Shown in pieces: positions 40,504 to 58,686 of a stretch of 64,000 nucleotides of DNA. A program made the position numbers and the translations under genes. Position 1 is the first letter of the stretch. The number at the start of each line of letters is the position of its first letter. The DNA comes from the human T2T-CHM13v2.0 reference genome, Homo sapiens: NCBI RefSeq assembly GCF_009914755.1, contig NC_060928.1; one strand, 5' to 3'. Under the pieces are notes generated by a model. The model was not told the origin of the DNA and searched no databases. It saw nothing but the letters and a program-made list of their open reading frames with translations.

Positions 40504-41287
40504 AAAAATAAAGCTTGTTGTGCTTTGTGTACTTTTATGATCTCTGACCTCTGCTTTATTCCCAACTCCAAGGAGACTTACTCTGAATGTTCAGAAAAAA
40601 AAAATTCTGTGGAGCATAGCTTTATGACTGCCCCTGGGCTAAAGGAAGAAGGATGTGTTGTGGGGCCTTCAGTTATTCCATCTTGGAAAGTATAAGGGTC
40701 AGGACCGCCTCCACCCAACCCCTACCCCAACCCATTACCGGCTAGGAGGTTTAAGCCATCTTCTTGGGCATGGGCTGCAGAACCAGGGGGGTGAATTAAA
40801 GGCCACAAACAAAGCTGCTGCATCTGGTCACTCACAGACAGTACCCTGCACAGCTGCCAGATACTCTTCCCAGTGTCCACAGTGCAAACAGCACTCTCTG
40901 AGGTTGTGCAGTGTGGTGGCCCTGGCCCAAAAGTCCCCACCAGTCTACCCCAGTGCCCAATTTTCAATACTCTAGAGCCTTTTCAATAACAGTTGATGTT
41001 GAAACACTTAGCCAAGTATAAAGAACTCTGCAAATCTAAGATATTTGGGGGAGTATGGTACTATTTCCAGTAGTTAATGTATCAATGTGTTACCTAGGGG
41101 GACTAAATTATTAATATATTAATTCATTTTAATAAGTTGATCAAATGACATGATATACTTAAAAGCACTTAGCAAACTTTAAAGAAGCTCTACAAATGTA
41201 AGACACTCTAATGATGACAGTAATTGTCTGGGTAAAAATATAATTTAATAAACAAAGGAGCCCCAGAAGAATAAGATGAAAATAGGA

Positions 41288-41647
41288 AGTATAATCTAAA
41301 TGTTTGTGTCTTTCCCAAATTCCTGTGTTGAAATTCTCACCTGCAAGGTGGTACTATTAGGAGGTGGGGTCTTTGGGAGGTTAGTAGGTTATGGGGGTGG
41401 AGCCCTCAGGAATGGGATTAGTGCTGTTTTAAAAAGAGACCTCAGAAAGATCCTTCATTTCTTCCACCATGTGAGGACACAAACAAGACTGACACCTATG
41501 AGGAGGTGAGCCCACACCAGACACCAAACTTGCCAGTGCCTTGACCTGAAACTTCTCAGCCTTCAGAACTATGAAAAATAAATTTCTGTTGATTATAAGC
41601 CATCTGGTCTATGGTATTTTGTGTAGTAGTCTGAACTGACTAAGACA
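41288..41647 (+). mobile_element. MLT1A (MaLR) solo LTR
   Basis: aatgtttgtgtctttcccaaattcc...ggagccctcaggaatgggattagtgc...aataaatttctg...tgactaagaca. Confidence 0.8.
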
Positions 41648-42894
41648 GCAGGTAAGGTTCAATGGGAGAAAGAGTCCTGCTGAGCCATGGTGTAGCATGA
41701 AAGTGGGCGGAGCAACCACAGACAGCAAAAGGTCCCATGTGCCTGGGTGCAAAGGGGTGAGAGGGTCCCCAGGGGATCAATGGAGACGCTAAAAATAGAC
41801 CTCACCACCTTAGCGATTTACCTGTTTGCTATCACAGACATTCCATTTTGGTTGCTATCTTCTCCTCTATCTATTCTTGTTAGGTTTCAGTTTGTTAAAA
41901 TAAGAACTAAGCTTCTCAGTTCACTCAACCAGAACTGTTAAAAGATTAATTCAGCCCTCAGATCTCGAGTTTCCTCTATTGGGAATAAACATACACTGCC
42001 CACTTTCTCTGCTTAATGAACTCTTAGAAGGCTGACCACTGAGGGCATCCCCTCTAGTTTTCTTCTCATGATTTTTGTTCTCACCTCCCCAAGAACTGGC
42101 CACATTCTCCTCCAGAGACCAAAGTCATCTTACTATTGTACTCTCCCCTTTTCCGAAACCCGCTAGATTTTAAATTCTTTGAGAGCAATGTCAGCGTCTC
42201 CTTCCTCTTTCCTTCCCACATACTTAACAAGGCAGAAGATTAATGCTTTTAACCTACACTAAAATATTGAAGTAATCAGTGTCACAGTTGTGCTATTAGC
42301 CTCAAGTAAGGAAGCAAATTTTATTAAGAAAAATGTAAGGAACAAACCGTAAAAAACCAAGAACCATAACACTTAATTTCTCCTCAACAAGTAGAAGATG
42401 GTACTCGTTACTTCAGTTTTTTACCCATGGATGCTCTGGGTCCACCAGAGATACAGAGACACAGGTTCAAAGGAGTCCAGACCTCTCATGCCAGAGTCCC
42501 AAGGGGCTCCCAGAAAAGATGGCAAGAGAGACAATGTTTCTATTATCAGAAAACTTTAAATCTAATGGGAGAAGACAAATAATAAACCAATGAATAAACC
42601 ATAAAGGACCTGACAAGTAATACTGTATATTTGAAATTTAAACCCAAATTATAATCAATAAAACTCCCTTTCTTATTTGTAAGGAAACTAATATATAATT
42701 ACATTAAAATCCTTCCCTTATGTGAGATTGCATTTTAAGTGTGAAGTAGGGATCCTGAGCCTCTTTAGACCAATACTTCATATAACTCCATAAACTTAAG
42801 TCATAGTTAAAGGGTAATCTTCAGAATTCCTTAGTGGGGATGGGGAGTAGTTTAAATCAAAGCCGAAAGAAGTTAACTCTAAACTGGAAAATAT

Positions 42895-43430
42895 TGGTAT
42901 GGTGGTCTGTTCTGTGTCAACTTGGAAAAGCTGAAACTACGTTTCCTAGAATGCTTATACCTATGCTGTATATTATACAGAGTTATATTGGTCAACAGTG
43001 TAATTTGCATAGATTTGGATGATGGAAATGAAACAGTAGCCATTATTCTCTGAACATCATCCTTGGATGCGGTGTCAGACAGATGCATGTGCCAGAGGGG
43101 TCCACATTATTGTCACCCTCCTCCACTCAAGGTCGAGCTTTTCTTCCTGACCATTCCCTCTGGTGTTTAAGAGATCCCAGGTCCATTAACAAACATGGCT
43201 GTGGATCCAAACAGGCAATAGTTGCCCCCACAGACTTCTCCATCAGCTCTCCCTTGGTCTCACTTTGGTGGCTGGATGTGCCTGGCTTTCAGATTTATGT
43301 CTTCTTTGATCCCCCAGTCACCCTTCATTTCACTTCCCCCACCCTCCCACAATTGTATAGGATCTCATTCCTATAATAAATCTCATATCCATAGCTCAGA
43401 AAGATCAGCTTCCTGGCTAAACTCTTGATG
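42895..43430 (+). mobile_element. Old ERVL-class LTR (subfamily uncertain)
   Basis: tgtgtcaacttggaaaagctgaaactacgtttcctagaat start, with ataataaatctc and gcttcctggcta near the end. Confidence 0.45.
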
Positions 43431-44862
43431 TGGCAATTGGCTAAAAAGGATTATTTCATTCCATTAACATTTGTTGAACATTGATCTGGGCCGAATGTCT
43501 TCCACATACACTAATCTCATTTTATTCTTATGATCTCTATGTGAGGTTGACGTCATAACCTCCTCTTACAGATAGGAAAACAAAAGCTGAAAGAGATTAA
43601 CTGGCTTGTCTAAGAGAACACAGCTAGAAGAGGATAAGTGCAGCAAAGCATTCTCCTTGGCCTGCTAGCCCCTGCCCACCTACTTTACATTATATATACA
43701 CACCCAACAAAGAAAACACTGCGTTGGCACACTCGCAAGACCAAGGGAGAAATAAATGAATGACATCATGGCTAAGGAAATTCAAGTAATCAGGTTATTA
43801 GTAAAGCAGGTCTAGGGCTAAATCAGAAGAGTGAGGGAGAAGAAGAATTAAGCATGCTAAGCACAATCCACAAATTCTCACAGCCTCCAGATAGGCACTA
43901 CTGCTATCCTTCTTTTACAGACAAAAACACAAAGTATGAAGCCTCCAAGTGACCCAATCAAGATAAAGCAAATCTTCAAACATCCTAATTCTTCAACAGC
44001 AGAATATATGGCCACAATTGTTTAAAAACCACATGAGTTTCCCACACAAATAAAAAAAGGGGTGGAGGGGAATCACAAGAGAGACAGAGAAAAAAAGAAA
44101 GAAGAGTGTTAGAAGAAAATGAGAAACAAAGGGAGAATTGAGAAGCAAAGAAGTGAGGATGTCAGATGATCCCCGTTTATTCCAAAAACATTTCTTGGTC
44201 ACCTGCTCCAGGTCTGGAACCATGCAGAATCTGGGTATGTGATGTGAATAAATCTCCGCTCCATGGGGCTTGCATTTCAGCAAGTAAGTCAGACAATAAC
44301 TTCCAAGTTTAACAACTGCTACGTTGTCTGCAAGTAACTTTAAATACTTCATAGACTGTGTTTATCAATAAGTGGGCATTTTAATTTATATCTTAGAGGT
44401 GGTTGATTAATATCTGAACTAGCCTAATCGAAAATCTCCAGGATGATTAGTTAGCATTTGAAACACTAATCAAAATCCACACTCAGGAGGCAGCTATCAG
44501 AAAGCTAGTTACCTTAATATCTGATCAACAGCAGGTTTGTTACTTAGTACAATGGATATTATAGATGATTTTTCTTTGGTCAAATGAAAGATCTGCCAGT
44601 TGTATGGAATGACCAGAAATATTCTATAGGCACTCCCAACCTTGCAATAAACACATATAAAAATCTAGCAAAACTGATAGCCTTATATCTTTTGAAATAA
44701 TGCCCTAGACCTTGGTATTTCTTTGGATCCTACCATTTAGTCAGTATTTGACCCTGATTAGAAGTTTAGCTGATTCTTATTACTGATTATTTTCACATCT
44801 GCCTCAAATGAACTCTTTAATTAGGGGTTAGTTTGGGTGCTTAAAAAGACTAAAAAGACAGC

Positions 44863-45192
<330 letters not shown>

Positions 45193-46583
45193 TTATGCCT
45201 GCTTGGTATTTGTTGTGAAGAATCTGTTTTGAAACTTTCCTTCAGTGTAATATCCCCGCTGGTTATGCGTTCTGGAGAAAACATGATAATTGCAAACAAC
45301 CAAGGTGGCTTAGGTCATTTTACAACAGCAATGAATTTAAATACAGATGTCCTGAGTCCTGAGAGAAAAACACAGGGTAACGTGGAAGCATAGGACATCT
45401 ATTCCTGACCTGATCTAATAAAACAGAATTAGGGGTCACACGGTGGGGTGAAGATAGGGTGACAATGAGAGGTGACCTGAGTTAAGGTATAAAGGAGCCA
45501 ACTCACACATGAAGTGCCTAGGTGAAGATTTTAACTAGATTGAATTAAAATAGACAAAATGAATAAATGAGTGAGACTTTCCAAAGGAGAGACAAAGGGA
45601 AACAATACTAGGTTCAACACACAAATTATTCCCATTTGGCAACAACCACAGACAAAACTAAAAAGATGTTTCTAGGAGAAGCTTCACCTTGGCCAACTTA
45701 GATAAGCCTTCAACCTTAGCAAGAAAATCCTGGCCCTATCTCAGTTCTCAGGGCATTTTATCTTCTTGGACATTTATCCTGTAGGCACTGATATACTTAA
45801 TCTGAAATAGGAATTGGTGGGAATCTTTTTGGCAGCACTGTATTTGGCAATGGTATTTTTGTTCCAGTGCCCAATTAGCCCACAACTCCTCAGTGAACAA
45901 CACACCTCATTCATTTGCATAATTGTTTCTTTTGCTGCTTCCTTTATAAAAAATAATGAGGCATTATGCACATAATTAAAGCAAGCTTAACAAATGAGGG
46001 CCAAGCTGACACGAATCACATGAGAAGGTCAAGAGAAATTAGTATTAAGGCCTGTCTGCTAAGCATAAGGCCAATCTAATACTTACTGTCTCCAGGGAGC
46101 AGAAGGACTCCTGTGGGGCCTCTGCCTTTGGATCTTCACTGAAGTCAGACCTCCTGGAGGAAACAAGATTTGATTTCATCCAGCCCTCTCCTACTTCTCT
46201 CCTTTTCCTCCTGTCCTTCTCAGTGAGAAGATTCTGGCATGATTGTTATTAGAGTACTATGAAATAAATCCTAAATAATTCCTCCTTCTTCTGATTCAAC
46301 AGATATTTTTCCCAATGAACCTTACTAGAAAACTAATAGAAATAAGCCAAGTTCTTTTTATCATTATTCTTATTATTCTTATTATTATTATTATTAAACC
46401 TTAAGTTCTAGGGTACACATGCACAACGTGCAGGTTTGATACATAGGTACACATTTGCCATGTTGGTTTGCTGCACCCATCAACTCATCATTTACATTAA
46501 GTATTTCTCCAATGCTATCCCTCCCCCAACCCCCAACCCCAGAGTGTGATGTTCCCCGCCCTGTGTCTAAGTGATCTCATTGT

Positions 46584-50408
<3,825 letters not shown>

Positions 50409-50471
50409 TATGATGTTCACTTGTTATTTTGCCCATTAATTGATGCAGTTTCTTCATAGCATCAATAGTCT

Positions 50472-51496
50472 TTACAATTTGGCATGTTTTTGCATTGACT
50501 GGGACCTATTGTTTCTTTCCATGTTTAGTGCTTCCTTCAGAAGCTCTTGTAAGGCAGGCCTGGTGGTGACAAAATCTCTCAGCATTTGCTTGTCTGCAAA
50601 GGATTTTACTTTTCCTTTACTTATGATGCTTAGTTTGGCTGGATATGAGATTCTGGGTTGAAAATTCTTTTCTTTAAGAATGTTGAATATTGGCCTCCAC
50701 TCTCTTATGGTTTGTAGGATTTCTGCCAAGAGATCTGCTGTTAGTCTGATGGGCTTCCCTTTGTGGGTAACTCGACCTTTCTCTCTGGCTGCCCTTAACA
50801 CTTTTTCCTTCATTTCAACCTTAGTGAATCTGACAAGTATGTGTCTTGGGGTTGATCTTCTCAAGGAGTATCTTTGTGGTGTTCTCTGTATTTCCTGAAT
50901 TTGAATGTTGGCCTGCCTTGCTATGTTGGGGAAGTTCTCCTGGATAATATTTTGAAGAGTGTTTTCCAACTTGGTTCCATTCTCTCCATCACTTTCAGGT
51001 ACACCAATCAAACTAGATTTGGCCTTTTCATATAGTCCCATGTTTCTTGGAGGCTTTGTTTGTTTCTTTTTACTCCTTTTTCTCTAACCTTGTCTCCTCA
51101 CTTTATTTCATTAATTTGATCCTCCATCATTGATACCCTTTCTTCCACTTAATCAAATCAGCTATTGAAGCTTGTGCATGCATCACAAAGTTCTCCTGCC
51201 ATGGTTTGCAGCTCCATCAGGTCATTTAATGTCTTCTCTACACTGTTTATTCTAGTTAGCCATAAGTGTAATCATTTTTCAAGGTTTTTAGCTTCCTTGC
51301 CACGGGTTCAAACATCCTCCTTTAGCTCGAAGAAGTTTGTTATTACTGACCTGCTGATGCCTACTTCTGTCAACTTGTCAAAGTCATTCTCTATCCAGCT
51401 TTGTTCCGCTGCTGGTGAGGACCTGCGATCCTTTGGAGGAGAAGAGGTGCTCTGATTTTTAGAATTTTCAGGTTTTCTGCTCTGGTTTCTCCCCAT
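50472..51496 (-). pseudogene. L1 ORF1p, disrupted
   Basis: Fragments MGRNQSRKPENSKNQ... (51308-51496) and LIGVPESDGENGTKLENTLQ...YPAKLS...QKHAKL (50472-51041). Confidence 0.9.
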
Positions 51497-52093
51497 CTTT
51501 GTGGTTTTATCTACCTTTGGTCTTTGATGTTGGTGACCTACAGATGGGGTTTTGGTGTAGATGACCTTTTGGTTGATTTTATGCTATTCCTTTCTGTTTG
51601 TTAGTTTTCCTTCTAACAGTCAGGTCCCTCAGCTGCCAGTCTGTTGGAGTTTCCTGGAGTTCTACTCCAGACCCTGTTTGCCTGGGTATCACCAGTGGAA
51701 GCTGCAGAACAGCAAACATTGCGGATCAGCAAATGTTGCTGCCTGATCCTTCCTCTGGATGCTTTGTCCCACAGGGGCAGCCACATATATAAGGTGTCTG
51801 TCGGCCCCTACTGGGAGGTGTCTCCCAGTTGGGCTGCACAGGGGTCAGGGACCCACATGAGGAGTCAGTCTGTCTGTTCTCAGAGCTCAAATGCCATGCT
51901 GGGAGAACCACTGCTCTCTTCGGAGCTGTCAGACAAGGACGTTTAAGTCTGCAGAAGTTGTCTGCTGCCTTTTGTTCAGCTATGCCCTGCACACAGAAGT
52001 GGAGTCTAGAGGCAGTAGGCCTTATTGAGCTGTGGTTGGCTACACCCAGTTCCAGCTTCTGGGCCGCTTTGTTTACCTACTTAAGCCTCAGCA

Positions 52094-52294
52094 ATGGTGG
52101 ACACCCCTCCCCCAGCCAGGCTGCCATCTCACAGATCGATCTCAGACTGCTGCACTAGCAGTGAGGAAGGCTCCATGGGTGTGGGAGCTGCCAAGCCAGG
52201 CATGGGCTGGGGAGACAATCACCTTGTCTGCCAGTTGCTAAGACCTTGGGAAAAGCATAGTATTTGGGTAGGAGTGTCCCGTTTTTCCACATAG
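52094..52294 (+). CDS. L1 ORF0 homolog (antisense ORF in the L1 5' UTR), 66 aa; expression unknown
   Basis: MVDTPPPARLPSHRSISDCCTSSEEGSMGVGAAKPG...IWVGVSRFST aligns with primate ORF0 as recalled (MAGAPPPASLPPCSLISDCCAS...GVG..PG...IRVGVTRFS). Kozak gcaATGG. Confidence 0.6.
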   Translation: MVDTPPPARLPSHRSISDCCTSSEEGSMGVGAAKPGMGWGDNHLVCQLLRPWEKHSIWVGVSRFST

Positions 52295-52881
52295 TCTGTC
52301 ATGGCTTCCCTTGGCTAGGAAAGGTAAATCCCCTGACCCCTGCACTTCCCTGGTAAGGCAAAGCCCCGCCCTGCTTTGGCTCACTCTCCGTGGGCTGCAC
52401 CCAGTGTCCAACCAGTCCCAATGAGATGAACCAGGTACCTCAGTTGGAAATGAAGAAATTACCCGTTTTCTGCATCGATCACGCTGGGAGCTGCAGATGG
52501 GAGCTGTTCCTATTCGACCATCTTGGAATGACCTCTCAAGCCAAGTTCTTTATTGCTAAGAAGTCCAATGATAAGTTTTATGAGTACTAATACATCCTTC
52601 TTTAAAATGGTAATGCTCTTTGATCAGTGTCAGAGATTAATAAGTACCTTTTCCCCTACCTGCATATGACTTCTAAGCATTTTCTTTCTTCTAGTACTAT
52701 TTCTGTCTTCATGTCTTTCACAGATCCTGATGAGTTTTTTATTTCTCAGGCTGAATGTCCCAGATCCTGGTGGGTGCTACCAGCCATTCTGTGAGCTACA
52801 GATTCTTAGAAGATTGGAAGGTCATTAACAAGTGACACAGTGAATTTTCCATTCTCCCTTGGCTAGAATCTGTCTCTTAGA

Positions 52882-53040
52882 GCCTTGTTAGTCAATATGC
52901 AGTCTGAAGAACAGCTGCATCACCTGGGAGCTTGTTAGACATACAGACTCTCAGGCCCCACTGCAGACCTACTGAGTCAGATGAACATTTTAACTAGATC
53001 CCCAGGTAACTGGTTTCCACATTAAAGTTGGGAAGCAATG
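52882..53040. mobile_element. MER5A-like MITE
   Basis: gcatcacctgggagcttgttagacatacagactctcaggcccca...gatccccaggt...cacattaaagttgggaagca. Confidence 0.75.
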
Positions 53041-53114
53041 ATCTGGGAAATTCAGTGGGACTCATTCAGCACAATTTCTTCTCCTAGGGTGTTTGACAAC
53101 CTTTTATTTCACCT

Positions 53115-53605
53115 TGTTGTTTAACGGATTCTCAGCTTAGACTTATGGGGATGAACAAACACACAACACCTGAAACTGAACCAATGTGATCACAGCTGTT
53201 TGTTAGTACATATACCCACACCACACGGTGGCATAATATACATAGCACAATTCACTGGGCCATGGAGAGATTGCACTCAGGAATAGAGTCAATAACTGAG
53301 GGCTATGGGAGGCAGACATTTTAGTTTCAAGAGGGTGAGCTGCCCCCTATTTCCTGTGGGAAAATATTAGTGACTTTTGAAACTAAATCTACAGGCTATC
53401 AGGGACTGAAATACCTATTCAAGGATAAGTAGGAACTGCCCCTGGTCCCTTTGATTAAGAGGGTTATCTGGTTGGAGACTTTATCCACAAGAGCAGAGTG
53501 GGGAGAACTTGTGATTGGGATATTCAAGACCCTCCAGGCCCCTGATTTCACCAGATATAAAGGCAGCGCAAAATGTTGGAACTTAATTTTAGGCCTTATA
53601 CCTCA
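53115..53605. mobile_element. Old ERVL-class LTR (subfamily uncertain)
   Basis: Composition and end motif aattttaggccttatacc resemble MER7x-type LTRs. Confidence 0.35.
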
Positions 53606-54363
53606 TAGGGAAGTAATCTTATAAAAGTACTTACTAATTCCATTATATAAAACTATATGCATGTAACCACCAAGTATAGTGCCTAGACTGTGGAAAGTAT
53701 TCAATGAATGTATAAAACTCCTCATCTCCTCTTTTAGTCTTGGCCATATAATAACCACAGCCTACAATGATTTAGATTCAACTTACAGTGCATGAAGACC
53801 TACCCCATGCCAGACACAATTAGATACTCCCACATACATAATCTTATTTAATCTAATATTCACCGCAATGCTATGAGTCAGTTGTTCTCACCTCTGCTTT
53901 ATAGACCAGGAAATTGAAGACAGTTTCACCCAGTCACAATGGACCCTGTTTCATCATGTCTCAACATGGCCTTCATCAATGCACTCTGTGATCTCTTATA
54001 ATTATATAGTGATAATACAGCAATGCAGTAGAACCTTCCCAGATATACAGATGCCAGTCATAATTTGTGAGAAACAAACAGTAGAAAAAAAATTGAATTT
54101 ATTTGGCTAACTCAATAATATGAACAGCAGGAAAGATAGACACATATAAAATGTTTTGGACTTGGTTTGCTAAGTTGATACAGATAAAATACGACAGTAA
54201 CTAGAAGATTACTTGAGAAACTGTTAATTGAATGAGACAGTCTGGATATAGTAACTATCAATTTTTCCAGGCTGTATAAGTTAGATTATCAGGAGCCACA
54301 TACTTGAACTCTTATCTTTTTAGTCACCAGAAAAAAAAAAATGCCCTTGCTTCCTCATAGTTA

Positions 54364-54626
54364 GAGGCAGTGTAGCATAGTGGGTAGGAGTGCAGACTGT
54401 GGATCCAGACATCCTAAGTTGAAATCCTAGCTCTTCTGCTTTCTGCTGGTAGTATCTGAGGTCCATCACTGAACTTCTCTGTGCTTCATTTTCCACCTGC
54501 AAAACACAGATAACAACAGCTTCTATTCAGAGTGGTTGTGAAGATGGAGTGAGTTAATATATATAACACACTTAGAAAATTGCCTGGAACAAAGTAATGC
54601 TATGTAAGTAGAAGCTTTTATTATTA
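54364..54626 (+). mobile_element. MIR SINE
   Basis: gaggcagtgtagcatagtggg...gttgaaatcctagctct...cacttagaaaattgcctggaacaaagtaatgct. Confidence 0.75.
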
Positions 54627-55074
54627 TGAGCCAGTGTTATGTCTTTGACTTACAGGAAGGATCAATAAAATAAAGTGATCCCATGAGACTTACTCAAATA
54701 AATAGAACAAAATAAATAGCCCAGGAACAGACCTTAGTATATAAAAGAATTTAGTTTATGGTAAAGAAGACTATTTCAATCAGTAAAGAAACATTTAAAA
54801 TGTTAAATATAAATTAATGAACTGGGTTATTCAATAAAGGATGCCGGGAGAATTAGACAGCTTTATCTCCTAATCCCTCATCCTCCACCTGCACTCCATT
54901 CTATACTACTACTGATGATAGTTTGAGTAATCATGATAACACCACATACCATGGATTACCAGTGTCCCAGACAAAAAAAAAACAAGATTATTTATCTTTG
55001 CATCAAATAAGTGAGACACTCGATCCCAAAATCCCATTTTAATAGCTTATTTCTGAGACCCCTCTTGGTACCAG

Positions 55075-55545
55075 TTATGTAATCATTAGGGTGCTTGCAG
55101 GACATTGATGACACATTCAGACACGGTAATGGACAAAAGTTTAGCTAAATGATTATTGACAAAAATGTGGTGGAAACTAACAATAATGGCAAAAAAACCC
55201 AGGGCTAGCAACAAGAGGTCAGATACCATATCTAGGTCTAAAGGGGCATTTATCAGAATGCAGTAAAACCTGGAGCTGTCAGGTGGTCCCCTGACAGGAG
55301 CCGTGGCTTTGGGTCGGGGAGCACAGCCACTGCCAATCTGAAGCCAGACATGTAGAAAGACAGGGGAACAAATACTTCACCCCTCTCTTCTCTGTCACCC
55401 TCTGAACCTCTGGAAGCCAGAAAACAAGAGAGCCTGGTTGATCTGCTTGTTACAGATCAGCTTCCTGGGGGTTCAGAGAAGAGTAGAGAGGGAAAGAGAG
55501 TGAATCTTAAGGAATAAAGAGCAAATAAGAGAATATCCAGCATAC
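55075..55545. mobile_element. LTR67B-like ERVL LTR
   Basis: gcaggacattgatgacacattcagacacggtaat...gattattgacaaaaatgtgg resembles the recalled LTR67B consensus. Confidence 0.45.
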
Positions 55546-56725
55546 TCACTAGGAAGTAAATATGTCATCCCAAATAATTAAGAGGAGGGCATTGTCTTCT
55601 TAGTTTGCTGAAGTTTCCCAGTAACCAGAGGATATCAGTCGAGGATGGGGCTAGATCCTTGTCTGTTACGCTGATGGGAAGGGTCTATTTATAGCTGTAT
55701 CAATGGCTCCAAAATTTAAAGGAGAAAGCCACGTAACTCACATACCCTAGATTTGCTCATATTATTGTTAATCTTCAAGTTACCTTAGAATCTGGAGCCT
55801 CCATCCAATTGACTTCAATCTTTGGATTTTAAGACATGTAAATGTGTTTCCATATAACTATAAAGCACTCTGAATTTGATGGATTTCTATCTTTTATTTT
55901 CATTTCATAGGACTAAAAAACTCTTACAAATATCAAAGTGACATCTGATTGAATTCTTGATATCTCTCAAGTCTTTGGTTTTGCAATCTAAAGTAATTCT
56001 ACATCTAACGTTGCTCTATTGTTCATCCTCAATAGCAGATGACCTTGCACCTTTCCATTATATTTCTACACTCTTGGTGCTATTGAAAGCGAGCTACTTT
56101 ATATTCTCTGTTTTATAGCTTCTGCTTTCTCATATCTTCTGCTTACTAATGGTTTTCTCTGTCTCGTGGGAATTTTGCATGCATTTTCTCGTCATATCCT
56201 TTTGCTACTAACCAGCTATATCTTTGTTTACAATCCCAAGACAAGTTATAAAAGAGACTTCTTTGTCCAGTCATTCCCATTTGGACAGAGCTATCATGCA
56301 AGGCCACCTCATAGCCTCCTAGCTGGTGACTTGTGAAATTGGTTCCCTGAAGATTGTTTCTCTTGGGATAGGTGCACACCTCTGGCTCATTCAGTGGCAG
56401 CCAGAGTAGATAAGTGGAGTCACATGACAGAGCATATGGAAATCTGCACAAGAAGCTAAATAGGACTCTTCGTTCAGAAGGTGTCAGTGGTAATGACGGA
56501 TACCTGTATTGGTCTTTCCATACGAGAGTTGAATAAAACAGACAAAAAAAAATTTTAATTTTAGAACTATAAGAAAAAATAGGTGGATATTTATGTAATT
56601 TCATTGTAGGAAAAGTTTTTAAAGCATAAATACAAAGGGAAAAATCCTAAGGAAATTTATTAATATATACATTAAAAATGAATTAACTTTATATGTTAAA
56701 ATATTATAAGGTTAAAAAGAAACTT

Positions 56726-56850
56726 ACTAGGTGTAGTAGCATGTGCATATAGTCCTAGCTATTTGGGAGGCTGAGGCAAGAAGATTTCTTGAGCCAAGGA
56801 GTTCCAGTCCATGCAAGGCAACATAGTGAGATCCTGTCTCAACTGAAAAA
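56726..56850 (+). mobile_element. FLAM (free left Alu monomer)
   Basis: aggtgtagtagcatgtgcatatagtcctagctatttgggaggctgagg...gcaacatagtgagatcctgtctc. Confidence 0.75.
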
Positions 56851-57022
56851 ATATATATATATATAATAGCAACTACTTGGATAAATGTATTTGCAACATA
56901 TTGACAGGTATTTAAATTATTGCTATGTTAAGAAGAACTTGATTTTAAAAACAAGATGAACACCCCGATAAAATAATTGGCACAGATGTTGAATGGAGAA
57001 TCTGCAAAAAGACGAAGAAGAA

Positions 57023-57090
57023 GGAAGGAAGGAAAGAAGGAAGGAAGGAAGGAAGGAAGGAAGGGAGGAAGGAAGGAAGGAAGGAAGGAA
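57023..57090 (+). repeat. (GGAA)n microsatellite
   Basis: (GGAA)3 AGAA (GGAA)6 GGGA (GGAA)6. Confidence 0.95.
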
Positions 57091-57365
57091 GGATCAACTT
57101 TGCCAATAATCAGAGAGATAAAAACCAATTTAACAATGTTTTGGCAGACATAGCTTATGCTTCTCAGGTTAGGGGTATTACTACGGTAGAAAATGCATTC
57201 TCCAGAGTTTTTGGAGGGTCATACAAGAATACATATGAAAGCCTTAAAACTATGCCCACAAAAATACTTTAACTTCTAGGAATTAATCCTAAATCTTAAG
57301 TAAACAATTAAGAATAGAGATGCACCATTTACATACATGGCTTTTCATAATAGTATTATGTATTA

Positions 57366-58686
<1,321 letters not shown>

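Noticed and set aside
43548-43555. Perfect CRE palindrome TGACGTCA
   Set aside because: A single 8-mer inside MIR-like sequence, with no supporting cluster.
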